NCBI GenBank assembly: GCA_037447605.1
Contig: CM074810.1
Coordinates: 2,204,880 to 2,268,879 of the forward strand
DNA from: Zygnema circumcarinatum SAG 698-1b
Lineage: Eukaryota; Plantae; Zygnematophyceae
Length of the DNA: 64,000 nucleotides
Reading direction: 5' to 3'
Shown piece by piece: positions 24,101 to 36,865 of this stretch. Position 1 is the first letter of the stretch, and each line of letters starts with the position of its first letter. The position numbers were made by a program, and so were the translations under genes. Below the pieces are notes generated by a model that saw only the letters and a list, made by a program, of their open reading frames with translations, had not been told where the DNA came from and searched no databases.

Positions 24101-24366
24101 ATGGTTGGTTGCCAGCTATTGCTGAGCCAATGGTTGCCAACCATTGCTGAGCCAAATACCAATGGTTAGCGGGGCTCGACGCCATTGGCAATCGCTGGTC
24201 GCCATTTGCTGCAGTTCCTGCGCTCCCCTCCCCCACTGCAGCTTTGCGAGCAGATCCTCCGCCACTCTCTCGCAGCGGCTAAGATTAGGGTTCCGCCGCA
24301 TCAGGAGGAGGAGGAGCTGCTGGGGTTATTTGCAGCATGCTTTAGGGTTCAGAGCCTTCCGTCGCC

Positions 24367-27300
24367 ATGTTTCCTCCGCAGTACCTCCCTCAACAAGACT
24401 CCATTCTTGGAAAGTCCGCAGAACCTCCTCCCATGGCCTCCTCCTCTTTTCAGCCAAACCCTAACCTTAACCCTAATCCTAGCCCTAGCCCTAGCCCTAG
24501 CCCTAGCCCTAACCCTAACCCTAACCCTAACCCTATCAGCCACCCGCTCCTCCCTTCGCCCTCTCACCCTCCTGCATCCTCTCCCACTCCGTCCAGCCAT
24601 TCATACCGCTCCCTTCGCCCTCCTTTCTCTCCCTCTCCTTCTCCCTCTGCAGCCAGCAATGGCGGAGCGATCTTACACCCGCCACTCCTTCCCTCAGGCC
24701 GACCCTCCCGCTTTTCCTTCTCCACTCCTCTCCCTCCTCCTCCCTCTCTCCCCCCTGCTCACCTTTCCCCACGCCCCCTCCCTCTCCCACCCTTTAACTC
24801 CTCCCCTGCCCCTCCTCTCCCCTCCCCTGCCTTTTCTCTTCCCTCTCTCACCTCCACTCTCACTCCACCTCTCCCTCCCTCTCCCACGCACCCTGCTGAC
24901 CCCGAGCTCAAGAAGAACATCGAAATGCTTGCCGGCCGCGTTGCAAAGTTTGGCAAAGAGTTTGAAGAGAAGGTGCGCGTGAATCAGGCAGGGGACCCTC
25001 GCTTTGCGTTTCTTCATGGGGGACCTCCTATGAGCGAGATGGGCATAGCGCTGGCATACTATGAGTATAAGAAGAGGCAGCTCTCCCTGCCTGAGCAGCA
25101 AGAGCCTCCTGCAGCTCTGAAGGAGACTGAGGAGAAGCCCCCATCTCCTTCAGGCTCAGACGTCGACATGGAAGGTGAGTACGGAATCAAACACTAGGTT
25201 GAGTTTTTTTTTTTTTTTCTTATTCTGATGTTTATTTTGAGGAATTCTCAAAGTTCTTTTTTTTTGTGGGAATTTGATTAATGAAACTGTTTGGTTTTTC
25301 AGACGACTTCACATCTTCAGCAATGCCCCCACAACAGCCGAAAGTAAATAAAGACATTTCGGAACGCGTGGGAGGACAGTCTGCTACAGCCTCTGAGCCA
25401 GCTGCCTCCCTTAGGGAGAGCTCAAATTCTGCTGCAGAGCACCATACTGTAACGGCTACAAGCGAGCTACTGTATGATTCGTCAGCAGCCATGAAGAGCT
25501 GGGAGAGCGAGAGAGAAGCGGATCAAAAGAGAAAGCATAAAGGGTGGGAGGGGGAAGGTGGAACAATACAAGGTATGTTGTTTTTCTTTACCCGAAAAAA
25601 GCATAGAACGTACGTTATGTATAAATTTTAAGGAAAGAAAACTGCGGAACCCTAAAAAGTTTTGGAATTTGAATAAGCTTTTACCCTTTTTCGGTGCAGC
25701 TGAGGAAGAAGTGCCTGGGGGAGGAGTCCGTTCTGCAGCTATTGAAGTGGAAACTTCTCAAAAGGAAAGTTTTGGCGGTAGGGTGGGAGGTGTGAAGGTT
25801 TTGGTAGCTGAAAAAGGAGCTACAATTGATAGGCATATAGTTGAGCAAGCTTCGATGGACGAAAAGAGAGAGAGGAACAACGAGAGAGTTGATGAAAGGT
25901 TTACTTCCATAAGGGATTACGAAGAAGCAGCAAATGTTATAAGCGAAGGGTATGCCAATAGATCTGGGGACGACTTGACCAGGAAAGGCAGAGTGGATGA
26001 GTTTGGGAGGTTGGTAAGAGAGGGTGGTAGTGCTAGTGAGAGTGAGGGGGAGGGCAGGGGAGTAAGACGTGTTGCGAATGGGAGTAGGAGTCGAAGTCCG
26101 GAGGAGGAAAAGAGGAGGGGAAGGAACTTGAGCAGCAGAAGTCGGTCTCCTCAGCGACGAAACCGCCGGAGAAGTCGAAGGTGATTTTCTAATGTTTGTC
26201 CTTAGAATGATTTTATTTTTGTTAAATTAGAAACATTCAGCAATACTCGTCTTTAACTCAAGCTCAATTTCGTTTTTTTGTTTCTCTCAGTCGAACTCCG
26301 CCGAGGCGGCGTACACCGCCCCGTGAATCTTGGCGGGGTTCCGACAGTTTCGGTGAGAGAGGGGAGCGGTACAGGGAAGGAGGGAGGCCAGAGAGAGTAG
26401 GCAGGTGGGAGAGAGGGGGGGAGTGGGGCAGGGAGGAGGGGAAGAGAAGAAGCAATTGGGACAGAAACGAAGATGAAAGTCCCGGCAATTGGGAGCACAG
26501 GGAGAGAGAGGAGAGGGATCCGCGGAGAGGACGGGGAGGGAGAGCTGATGGGAGAGGGGAGAGAGGCAGGACTGGAGAGAGCAGAAGCTTGGCTCCGGGT
26601 GGGAGAGGAGGGGTGTCAGGGACAGCCAACCGGCTTGCATGTTTCGACTTTTCGAAAGGCAGATGCTATAGAAGTGACTGCAGATTTCTTCATGATATGG
26701 GAGAGAGTGAGGGTGGGAGAAGGGAGGGAGGGAAAAGTGAGGGAGGGGTCGAGGGGCGGAAGGAGAGCGATCTAGAAAATGAAAAAGGTTGGGCTGGAAG
26801 GCCATCGGGAGGAGGAGGTTTTAAAGCGGCAGAAGAAAGGAGAGCAGGGAGGAGAGGATGGGATGATGGTGGGAGGGGACTTCCAGAAGTAGGAGACCGT
26901 GGAGGGAGAGAGAACGGAGATAGTCATTCTATGCCCCAGTCCTCTGCTGATATTGCCGGAAATCGAGAGCTCAGAGAGGCACGTGTGGGAGCAGTAGGGC
27001 ATTCCTCTCTCCCTTCCTCGACCTTCACTCGAGGAGAGGCTGAAGAGATGCAGAACTCTAGAAATCCATTTTTGGATAATAGAGAAAGTGCAGATCCTCA
27101 TGCTGCAGCTAATGCAGGTTTAATTAGCAGAGACATTGCAGCAAATATTCCGTCCTCGCAGCCATCCTCCGTCGCCTTTCCTTCATATAATGGAACTCCC
27201 TCCGCCCCCTCCCTCAAATCCTCCGCGGATTCTGGAGACCTCCCACCCGGGATTCCCCCATCTGCTCCTTTTCATACTCAGATAAGGGAGAGCAGCTTCT

Positions 27301-28750
27301 TCCCTCGGCCCCCCTCTCTCCCCCTCTCTCTCCTTCCCTCTCTCCTTCCCTCTCTTCCTCCGTCCGTCCCTCCTCCCTCACTACCACCAATGGGGCCTCC
27401 CACCTGGCATGCCCCTCAAGTTCCCAATATCCCTCCCCTAAATGTTGCTCCGCCGGGAACGATTTCTTTGCATGGTGTTGCTCCGTTCAAATATACAACT
27501 TCACAGACATATGGAAAACCACCACATCAATACGATCCTTTAGCAGATAGTTTAGAGCCTAATTACCAAACTGGAGCTCCTACAGGGCCTGTTCTCCCGT
27601 CTCTACCTCAACTACCCCCTCAACCCTCTCTCCCCTCTCAACCTTCCCTACCGCCTTCCCTGCCACCTCTATTACAAGCCCCAGTTCCTTCAACAAGAAT
27701 TCAAATATATTCCAATATACATGAAGGCTACAATATCAATGACATGCAGCTGACCGGGTCTCCCTTGACGCCTCCTTCAGAACCCCCCCAAAGCCAACAC
27801 AATCTCGTCCAGGACTTAGCCGAAATAGCAGAGGGACAGGAGAAGGATACTTTGTATGGAGAAAGTGTTGGAAGGCAGGTAAAAGAGGGTAAAATAGGGG
27901 TAGTAGATTTGCCTAAAGAGTCGCACAACACCACCCGACCTTCACAGCCTCCTCTGCAGGGAGAGATAGAGGGAGAGAATGTAGGAGAGGGAGAGGCCGC
28001 AGGGGAGGGAGAGGGGGTGGGAGCAGGAGGCCTTGATGACGAGGAGGAAGGAGGGGCGGGAGAGGAGAAGGGAGAGACGAAAAAGGAGAGAGAGAGTGGG
28101 AGAAAGCCCAAGGGAGCAGGCCTTCTGAGGTCTGCTATTGCAGAGTGTGTAAAGGATGCTCTAAAGCCTGCTTGGAAAGGAGGCCAAATGAGTAAGGAGG
28201 CTTTCAAAACTATTGCAAAAAAGGCAGTAGATAAAGTGATGGGCGCTGTATCTCCCACTCAAATGCCTAAGCATCAAAGGCAGGTAGAAGCTTTCATGAC
28301 GGCGCCAAGGAAGGAGAAAATCGCAAAACTTGTGCAGGTGAGAGTGGAAGCTTACTTCTCTCCTCCCTCCCCTCCCCCCCTCCCCCCTTTTCTCTCTCTC
28401 TCTCGCTGCCTCTCTCCACCCACTCGTTCACCCCCCCCACTCTACCCCTCCTATTTCCTCCCTCGAGTCCCCTCTATCTAATGTCCGCTTCCTCCCCTTG
28501 GGCCCGTCTGAACTATCGCTCTCCCTCTCTCTTATATATCGTTCTCTGGCCTCTCCCCCATCCCTCGGTCTCTCTCCCACTCCTATTTAGAGAACGAGGT
28601 GGTACATGCATTGTTGGAACTGGTTTGGTTCTGGTTAACAGTTTCCTGTCGCTTTTGTTTTTCTTCTTCCCCCCCCCCCCCGTTTGTTGGATTAAAAAAA
28701 AAAATCGTTCTTCTCTGCAGGGCTATGTGGAGAAATTTGCGCCAAAGTGA
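24367..28750 (+). CDS. SURP/SWAP-domain, RS-rich, CCCH zinc-finger protein with C-terminal SRI-like (PHRF1/SCAF11-type) domain; probable splicing/Pol II-associated factor
   Basis: Exons 24367-25174, 25303-25572, 25700-26180, 26291-28337, 28721-28750. SURP: DPELKKNIEMLAGRVAKFGKEFEEKV...DPRFAFL...AYYEYK. RS dipeptides: SRSRSP. CCCH: CFDFSKGRCYRSDCRFLH. C-terminus: LRSAIAECVKDALKPAWKGGQMSKEAFKTIAKKAVDKV...KIAKLVQ|GYVEKF. Confidence 0.88.
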
Positions 28751-29927
28751 AGTATTTCAGCAGCCTCGCATCTCGCGGAACTTCTAAATTTTGGAACAAC
28801 TCCAACAAAACAGAACCTTGCGGTGAACACCACACCTGTGAAATATATAGAGGGTACTTCACCGCTTTCAGCAACATGCAGAAGGCGTGAAGGAAGCAAA
28901 GGACCTCCTTCAAACCCTAAACCGGAAGCCCGAAAAGTCCTGAACCCTGAAGTCTTCGGTAGGCCCTAATTGCTTCTCACTTGTAGACTCATCCTCCCAT
29001 ATGTACGGTATGCAGCTATGTTCCGGGTGGGAATAGGACGAAAAGTTGTAAGGTAAGCCCTCCCTCTTATAAAGAGAAGGTATGGCCTTTGAGCTGCCCT
29101 TTTGGATCCTCTCTTTTCTTTTCTTTACAGGCAAGCTCGATGAAGAAAAGGAGAGGAGCCTGGAGGCTTAATCTGAAGAATTTTCGTGGTTTCTTGTCCC
29201 TTCTGTTGGTTTGATGAATGGGCTTTTGGTTGGGTAGGTTAAGTGAAACAGGGTGAGAAAGAGCGGGAGCGGGACTTTGTTTTTTTGGTTTTCATTCACT
29301 TGGGGGTGGTTTGGAATGGCTGACTTTTGTGTTTAGCTTATCCTTAAGCTCATGTACGTGAAAAGTAAAAAGTAATAGACATTTTTCAGATTCAAGATAA
29401 CAGAAGTATCCCTTCAAATTTACCACCAAAAACACCGCCGTGTGCCCTCTGTGAGTTATGTCCAAGACTTGGCAATCAAACCAACACGGACAAAACTTGC
29501 CATTCTGTGCACATTGCACACTTTTTGCACATGACCAAAAGCAAGATGGGCAACCATGATCGGTCACAAAAGACCTAAGGACGAAAGAAAAAGCCTATGA
29601 GCTTCTGGGCTGTATTGAAAGCGACCAAAAACTTGTTTCAATTTTATTTCCCCTAGTCCTGCCTAACCGTTTAATATCGTCATATCGTACGTATTCGATA
29701 TATCGCAATATAGATATACGGTAGTTACCGAAACCGAACCTATCAAAATATCGGCAATATCGTGTTTGCGATATATCTAGTACAATATCGATACTGTAGC
29801 GCAGCCAATATTTCAACGCCAAACTGACGCAGAGATTTCCCTGCTCTTCTCAACTGCTCACGCTTAACAGCGACCATAGAACCTCCCGACTTTCTGCCTC
29901 TCTGTTCCTCGTCCCCCTCGCGGCAGC

Positions 29928-31345
29928 ATGGCGGCCATGGCGGAGGAGGAGGTCCAGCAAGCGGAGAAGGAGCTTCGAGCCGCCATTGATGGAGCTCTCG
30001 CAGCAGCAGATCTGTGGGAGCCCTCTCTCTGCGCGCTTCTTCCTCTTCCGGGGGAGTCATGGCGGCGGTATGCGGCCCTCTCTGCCTCTCTGCTTGCAAA
30101 TTAGGGCTGACGTGGCTTACATTGCATTGGGATCTGTTTTGTACATACATTTTTAACATTATGGAGTTCTTAAAGTTTTATCTGCTTTGATTTTGCAGGA
30201 GGTTGGAGAGGGAGGGAGAGGCGCTGATGGAGAGAGTGAGGGAGGGAGAGAGGGGGCCTCTTTTTGGGCAAATTGTTGGAATTAAGGTATTAATTATAAA
30301 GTGGGTTAAGATGGGTATTAAAATATCTTAATAATATTAATAAAAATTTAATGTTATATTGTGATGCTGTCGTCATGGAAGAACTCAAATAGATTAGGAA
30401 AGAACCCAGATTCTCCAGGAACTCAGAAATATATATATATATATTTTTTTTTCTTACATACAGATGGGTAATTTTATTAAATCCCCAATGATGAAAATAA
30501 ACATTTTTGCCAAATTTATACTTTGTTATTTTTTTGTAGGATATTTTTAACGTAAACGGGCTACCAACTAAGGGAGGAAGCGAGCTTCCAGCCGAAGTAC
30601 TGACAGGCGAAGAAGGGACTGTGAGCCTCAAAAGCGATTTATTGTATTTAAGTTATTTGGTTTTATTCATAATTGCAGCTCTCTATGTGCTAGAAAGTGA
30701 TTCCCGTCGTCCTTCTAACTGCTTTACCTGTCATACCTGCCCTAGCTGCCATACCCGTAATACCTGTAATACCTGTAATACCTGTCCTTAATAGCTTCCA
30801 AATTGCCACCACTCTGCAGCTAATCAAGCGACTGCGGTCTGCGGGAGCGCTAATAATGGTGAGACTAAGCATCAAATAATGCTTTCAGAAATCTCAGCAT
30901 ATGTTGTTGTGAATGGTTTACTTTCATATGGAAAAAAAATACATTTTCAAGTGTGAGGCAAAGAAGCATCATCATCATTGTTGTTGAAGCATGGAGCGCC
31001 ACGATTGGACGGTCTTTTGAAAACCGATGTCTAAATGTCAACTCTATTTTGAGAGAGAGAGAGAGAGGGAGAGCGGGAGCGAGACTGAGGGAGAAGAGAG
31101 GGAGAGCGAGAGAGAGGGAGAGCGAGAGAGAGGGAGAGCGAAAGAGAGAGAGAGAGATCTCTACGTATAAGTGTATGTTTCGTCATTCCGTCTATAGACG
31201 ACGACGAGAAGTAGACGATGTTCCATGTTGACCTGCGCAGGGTAAACTCACAACGACGGAATTCGCGTACTTCAAACCTGCTCCAACCGACAATCCACGC
31301 GCTCCGGTAAGGTTCTTCTGTTCCCCCCCCCACTCGCTCTCCCTT

Positions 31346-31431
<86 letters not shown>

Positions 31432-33381
31432 TCCCTCCCTCACTCTCCCTCTCACTCTCTCCCTCTCTCTCTCGCTCTCTCCCCTCCCTCCCCCCCTCCT
31501 TCCCACCTCCCCATCTCCTTCTACAATCAACTTGTTAAAACTCTTACATTTCGGAAATTTAGTACCTTAAAAATGCCCTACATTCCCCCCCCCCCCTCCC
31601 ACCCCCCCTGTAGGGCCACACTCCGGGCGGCTCAAGCAGCGGAAGTGCAGCTGCCGTAGCGGCGGGAATCTGCACAATTTCCGTAGGTAGTAACTGACAT
31701 GGAACGCCTCCACTCGGATCAACTCTTTCGGATCAACTCTCTGCAGCTGCGGGATTAGGATTGCCGCTTTGATCCTGACGGTGTTGATCTTTCCCTTCTT
31801 GGATCCACCTACTCTGAGGTTCACAAACGTACGGATCCACTTCTCGGCCCGCGGCGTACTGTGGAGTGGTCGGGTTCAAACCTTCGTTTCGGCGAGTTCC
31901 ACTCGACGGATATTTGGAGGTAAAAACAAAAAAAAAAATGAAAAAAGAAGGATAGATCTTCCAATTAGGGTTTGATGTTGAGGCCCATTTGTGGATTTTT
32001 CCCTTCCTTCGTTCTCTCGCATTTTTCTTTTTTTATCACCCCTTCCCTTTTTTTTTTTTAGAACCCATTTTTTGAAATCTGTTGTCGCGCACATATTTTT
32101 TACCCAGTTCGCACCATCGCTCGACCATGTCGGATTTTTCGCAAAAACTGTTTCCCCCCTTTTGGCTTTATCTTCATCTGCATGCGATCGCTGGAAATCA
32201 GAAATGTTCCATTTGACTCCTGGAATGGAAAAGAAGAAAGGTATTTTTACCTTCCCTTTTTTTTTATTATAAAAAAAAAATCTCTCTCTCTCTCTCTCTC
32301 TCCCCTTTATCCCTTTCACCCTCTCTCTCTCTCACCCTCTCTCTCATTCTCCTGCCTTTTCTCGTCCTGTTGTAACTCTTTCCATGCTGACGTCAACAAA
32401 TTTGCTTACAGGCACACCTTTGTCGCTTTACCGGTCCCCAACATGACACGTGTCGCCTCCCCATTGGCCCGCAGGGCGGCTGGCGGTGCCCGAAGGGACG
32501 TGGCTGCACTGCTGCGAAGAGAGCGCGATGGAGTCCTTCCGAGGGACTCTCCGAGACTTGGAGGGGGGCGGGTCAGATTCAACGACTTTGACTTGACTTG
32601 ACTTGATTTGACTTGATTTGACTTGACTCGGCTTGACTTGACTTGGCTTGGCTTGGCTTGGTTTGGCTTGGCTTGAGTTGACTCGACCTGGTTGACTAGA
32701 CTTGACTACATTTGACTTGACTTGACTTGAGTTGACTGGACTCACATTGACGGAAGTTTTTCACACAATGGCATTGTGCGCCATGCAGGTGGACCATTGA
32801 CCACATTCCAATAATGGAAAATTGGGAATCCATCGACAGGTAGACCATGCAAACCCTAAACTCGTCTCAAGTCTTTACTCCATTCTCGTTTTCAGGTAGA
32901 GGAGGAGACCCAATACGTTATGCAATTATGGCCATTTTTTCTGCCATTTTCCAAAATTTCACATACTCCTTATATTCTGCACGATTGCCGCTTAAAATTT
33001 GATTCATTCCTACTGTATTTCCAATTATCTTGCTCAAGCTGAAGTAATTCAGACATAGATCTGAACAGTGGCTGCTTGCCTCCATGTGCATTTGCTCTGT
33101 TTGGCGAGCAGGGTTCCATGTGATGACTGGCGGTTCAACGGTCCGTAATTTGTCTCCATGTGTTCGTAGGGCTCACAGAGACCTCATGGCTTTGGAATGT
33201 GCGGCTATCCACTCCTCTTGGCTGGAGCTATATGGCAACCTCTACTCGTCACAAGTCAGCTCTCTCTCTCTCTCTCACTCTCTCTCTCTCTCTCTCTTTC
33301 TCTCGCTCTCTCTCTCTCTCTCCCCCTCTCCCCCTCTCCTCTCTCCCTCTCTTTCTATTTCTTTATCTCTCTCTCCCTCTC

Positions 33382-33430
<49 letters not shown>

Positions 33431-33437
33431 TCTCTCG

Positions 33438-33468
<31 letters not shown>

Positions 33469-34528
33469 CCTCTTTCTCCTTCTCTCTCTTTCTCTCTCAG
33501 GGTTGCTTACTGTTTGTCAACTGGTGCAGATGCAATTGATCATTGAGAGGGGCAAGTCTTTGCCTCCGGAAAGAGCCGAGGAAGCTAAGCAGTCGTGCTT
33601 AACCCTAAGAACTGAGCTGCAGGCCGCCATGGACCGCCACAATATCTCCGCTTGGATCGCTCCTGCAGCAACTGGACCAGCTCCTTATGGACATGGTGAA
33701 AACAATCTTTCCCGCTCTCTATCTCTCTCTCTCTCGCCCTTCCCCACTGAATCACTTCTCCCCCTCTCGCTCACTCTCGCCTCTTCCTTAACTCACTCTC
33801 TTTCCTCCCCTCTCCCTTCCCCCCCTCCCCTCCCCTCCCACTCGCTCTGTCTCCCTCTCACTCAATGTCTCTCTCTCTGAATCCCCTCTCGCCCCCCTCT
33901 CTCTCTACCTCCCTCTCCCATCCCCTCCCTCTCCCACCACCATCCTCCCCCTCCCTTCCTCCCTCCCTTCCTCCCTCCCTTCCTCCCCCCCCCCCCCCCC
34001 ATTCCCCCTTCCCCCTCCCCCCCTCCCCTCAACAAACATGATCTCCCCTCCTCCCCTCTGTACCATTTCACCACTCCCATTCTGAACCAATGAACCTTCT
34101 CTCTGCTTCCCTCCCATCCCCTCCAGCTTGGTTCCCCCCAAACCCTAATTTCTTTCAAACCCTAATTTCCTTCAAACCCTAATTTCCTTTTCCCCCCTCC
34201 CTTAGAGTCTACGGGCGACCCGCGCATGTCCCTTCCTTGGACGCACTCGGGCCTCCCCTCCGTCACTCTCCCCTCCGCCGCCATCTCCCGCGAGGAGGGC
34301 TCTCCCTCTCCCTCTCCCTCTCCCTCTCCCTCTCCCTCTCCCTCTCCCTCTCCCTCTCCCTCTCCCTCTCCCTCTCCCTCTCTCCCATCCATGGCGAAAG
34401 CTCTCCCTGTGGGAGTAACCCTAATTGGGAGGTGGTGGAGGGACGAGGAGCTCCTGTCCATGGCGGCTCAAGTGGAGGAGGACCTCCATGTGGAGCTGAG
34501 CTTCGTAGGGCTTCAAAGGGGCAACTGA
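29928..34528 (+). CDS. Amidase-signature family hydrolase (bacterial, malonamidase/GatA-like type)
   Basis: Thirteen exons: 29928-30067, 30199-30286, 30540-30620, 30820-30858, 31241-31306, 31614-31686, 31819-31919, 32108-32240, 32475-32571, 32789-32839, 33170-33254, 33530-33695, 34206-34528. Catalytic Lys in GQIVGIK|DIF; GK.TTTEFAYF; GHTPGGSSSGSAAAVAAG; GSQTYGSTSRPAAYCGVVGFKPS; ESTGDPRMSLPWTHSGLP; LPVGVTLIGRWWRDEELL. Confidence 0.9.
32585..32745. repeat. (GACTT/GGCTT)n pentanucleotide repeat in an amidase intron (reverse complement of the 23.8-kb repeat)
   Basis: About 30 units of ttgac/ttggc. Confidence 0.9.
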
Positions 34529-36096
34529 TTTTTTATAGTAGTTATGAAGGGAAGGGGAATGTAAAGGTGGTGACAAAGGTGAAAGAAGTGACTTTAGAGA
34601 GCGATGTGTTTCACAACACAAGGGTTGCTTTGTTTTAGTGAGACATTTGATAAAGTTTTGTGGTTGAAAGAATCTTTTGACAAAGTAAAAGTTTACGGCC
34701 GACAAAGTACCATCGGTAAAATTAACCTGTGACAAAGGACCAGCAAACGTCAGCAGTTTAGCGTTGATAACAACGCGACAACGCTCTATAGAGTCAGTAA
34801 CGATGGAATTTCACTGTGCCCTTATCTACCATGTGAATATAATTGGACCACGTGGACGATCCTTCAGATCTCCGTCCCCATAAACGACGCGCCGATAGTG
34901 AAATATCTACCAAACTGTAAACGGCACCGCGAAAAATCACTAACGCCACAGCGCAACGTCAGCAATGATTCGGTGGCTAATCAGGAGCCACCGACATGAC
35001 GTCAGTATGCCCCATGGAAAGGTCGGACGGTTTGGGGTTATCCGAAGGAGGGTGGGCCCGCTTGTCGTTTAGGATATCGTTCATATCGCCGATGTATCGG
35101 CTGCGAGCGACAGAAAGTGCCGGTGCTGGCAAACTTGACTCCGTACGGAAGCTGAAAATGGCCGGTTGAAGGACGGTGATAGCGCCGGCAGCGGCAAGTT
35201 ATGTCGGTCATGGCCGATACGTTGGCGATATGGCAATATCAGTTACCAGAACGACAGAAATTGCCGCCCTATCTGCTACCGTACCGTATCGCCAAAGCGC
35301 CAGTACTGAACAGAAATAGTCAGGCGAACTGTTTAGTACTTTCATACGGGCTCCTGGTTTGTCGTATACGATGACAGTTGTAAAGATAAGGGCTGTCCGT
35401 CCTATCGCATCTTACCGTACACCCTACAGGACAAGCTTTTCGTACGAATCCTAATTTTTGTCGCGCAATCCGGCCAGGACTGTAGGTCCAATTGTCGTTT
35501 AATTACGGTCCAAAATGTATCGGTACATGTTAAAACCTGCACAGCACATGGACCACTGTTTCGTACGGTCTTGCAATCAATGCCCTCAGGACCCGGCGGG
35601 ACCGCGGCTCCGCCGTCACGTGCGGCCAAGCGGATAAAACAAGACCCGGACGTGACCGTACAGTCCAAAAGACAGCACGTCCGCGGCCCGCGCCTGCCGG
35701 ACCGAAATTTCGAAATTTTGGAGGCCAGAAAACGACAGGTCGGAAAAAACTCGAAAGCAGTGCGCAGTGGCAATGGTCGTTCTTTAAGGCATGGCACAAG
35801 TTTAAAAAAAAAATGTATATAAGAAATCCTTCTCATCTCTCTCTCTTTTTCTTTTCTTTTCTTAAAGAAAGCAATGCTGCATCGCGTCCTACAAAAAATA
35901 AACAATATTTAAATCGGGACCTACCGAGGTCCCATGCCCACCCGCCCCCGCCTTCCCACTCTACTCTTACAACCCCCCCCTAATCCTGAACCCAAACCCA
36001 CAGACTCTCCTTATTCAAGCTCAAACAGACCCAAGTTCAACCTTCCCTCCCAAGTTCAACCTCCCCTCCCAAGTTCAACCTTTCCTCCCCTCCCCT

Positions 36097-36865
36097 CTAG
36101 ACGTAAAACTCCAAGGGAAGCAGCGCCGGGTTCCGGAGCTGCTCGGCTGTGGCCTTCCGGGTCTGGAAGGTGGCCTTAAGCACGCGGTTGCTCATGAGCT
36201 TGGTGATCTGGTTTAGGTGCACCACGCCCGCGTCCTCGCCGTCCGCGCTGAAGAACAGCTGGAGGGGCTCCGTGCCGATGTTCTCCGTCCAGTGGATGAG
36301 CCCGCGCGGGTACAGCGTCAGGTCGCCCTCGTTCAGCTCGCTGCTGCGGAGCACGTTCTTCGTGTCGATGAAGTTCGCTCGCGCCTTGCCCTTCATCACG
36401 AACACGGTCTCTGAACCCCTGCTCGAAGCAAGCACCCCCAGAACCAAGGGAGTCAATAGACAGAAGAAAGCAGAAATAAAAGAAGAAGGTAGCATGCTGA
36501 GCTGAACCCTAATCCCTAATCCCTAATCCCTCGTTTTATAGGGTCGTAAAGAGGGGAGAGAGGCGGGAGGTAACTTACCGAGGGTGCCAGTGAGGGGTGA
36601 GGAGGGCATTGACGGCGACTGTGACAATGACGTTCGAGATGCCGAGCGTCTTGCCCCCCGGGAGGTTGGCCACGCTCGTGCGGGCGAGGGAGCCGGCGGG
36701 GAGGTGGATGCGGTTCGTCGAGAAGTTGCGCACCACGAAGTCGGCGGCGGTCGCGGCGGGGTCCGCGAAGTCGTTCACGGGCTCGGGCCCGGCGAGGGCG
36801 GAGGGGAGGAGGGCGAGGAGGAGGACGAGGGCGGGGGCGAGGAGGGAGAGGGAGAGGCGGGCCAT
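36097..36865 (-). CDS. GLP: Germin-like protein (cupin_1), secreted
   Basis: Exons 36865-36579 and 36418-36097. Signal peptide MARLSLSLLAPALVLLLALLPSALA. Germin box PHWHPR|GSE and motif 2 YPRGLIHWTEN; the His/His/Glu/His metal ligands are intact. Confidence 0.9.

Noticed and set aside
29292-29567. Cys-rich 91-aa minus-strand ORF
   Set aside because: No recognisable metal-binding spacing, splice partners or family resemblance.
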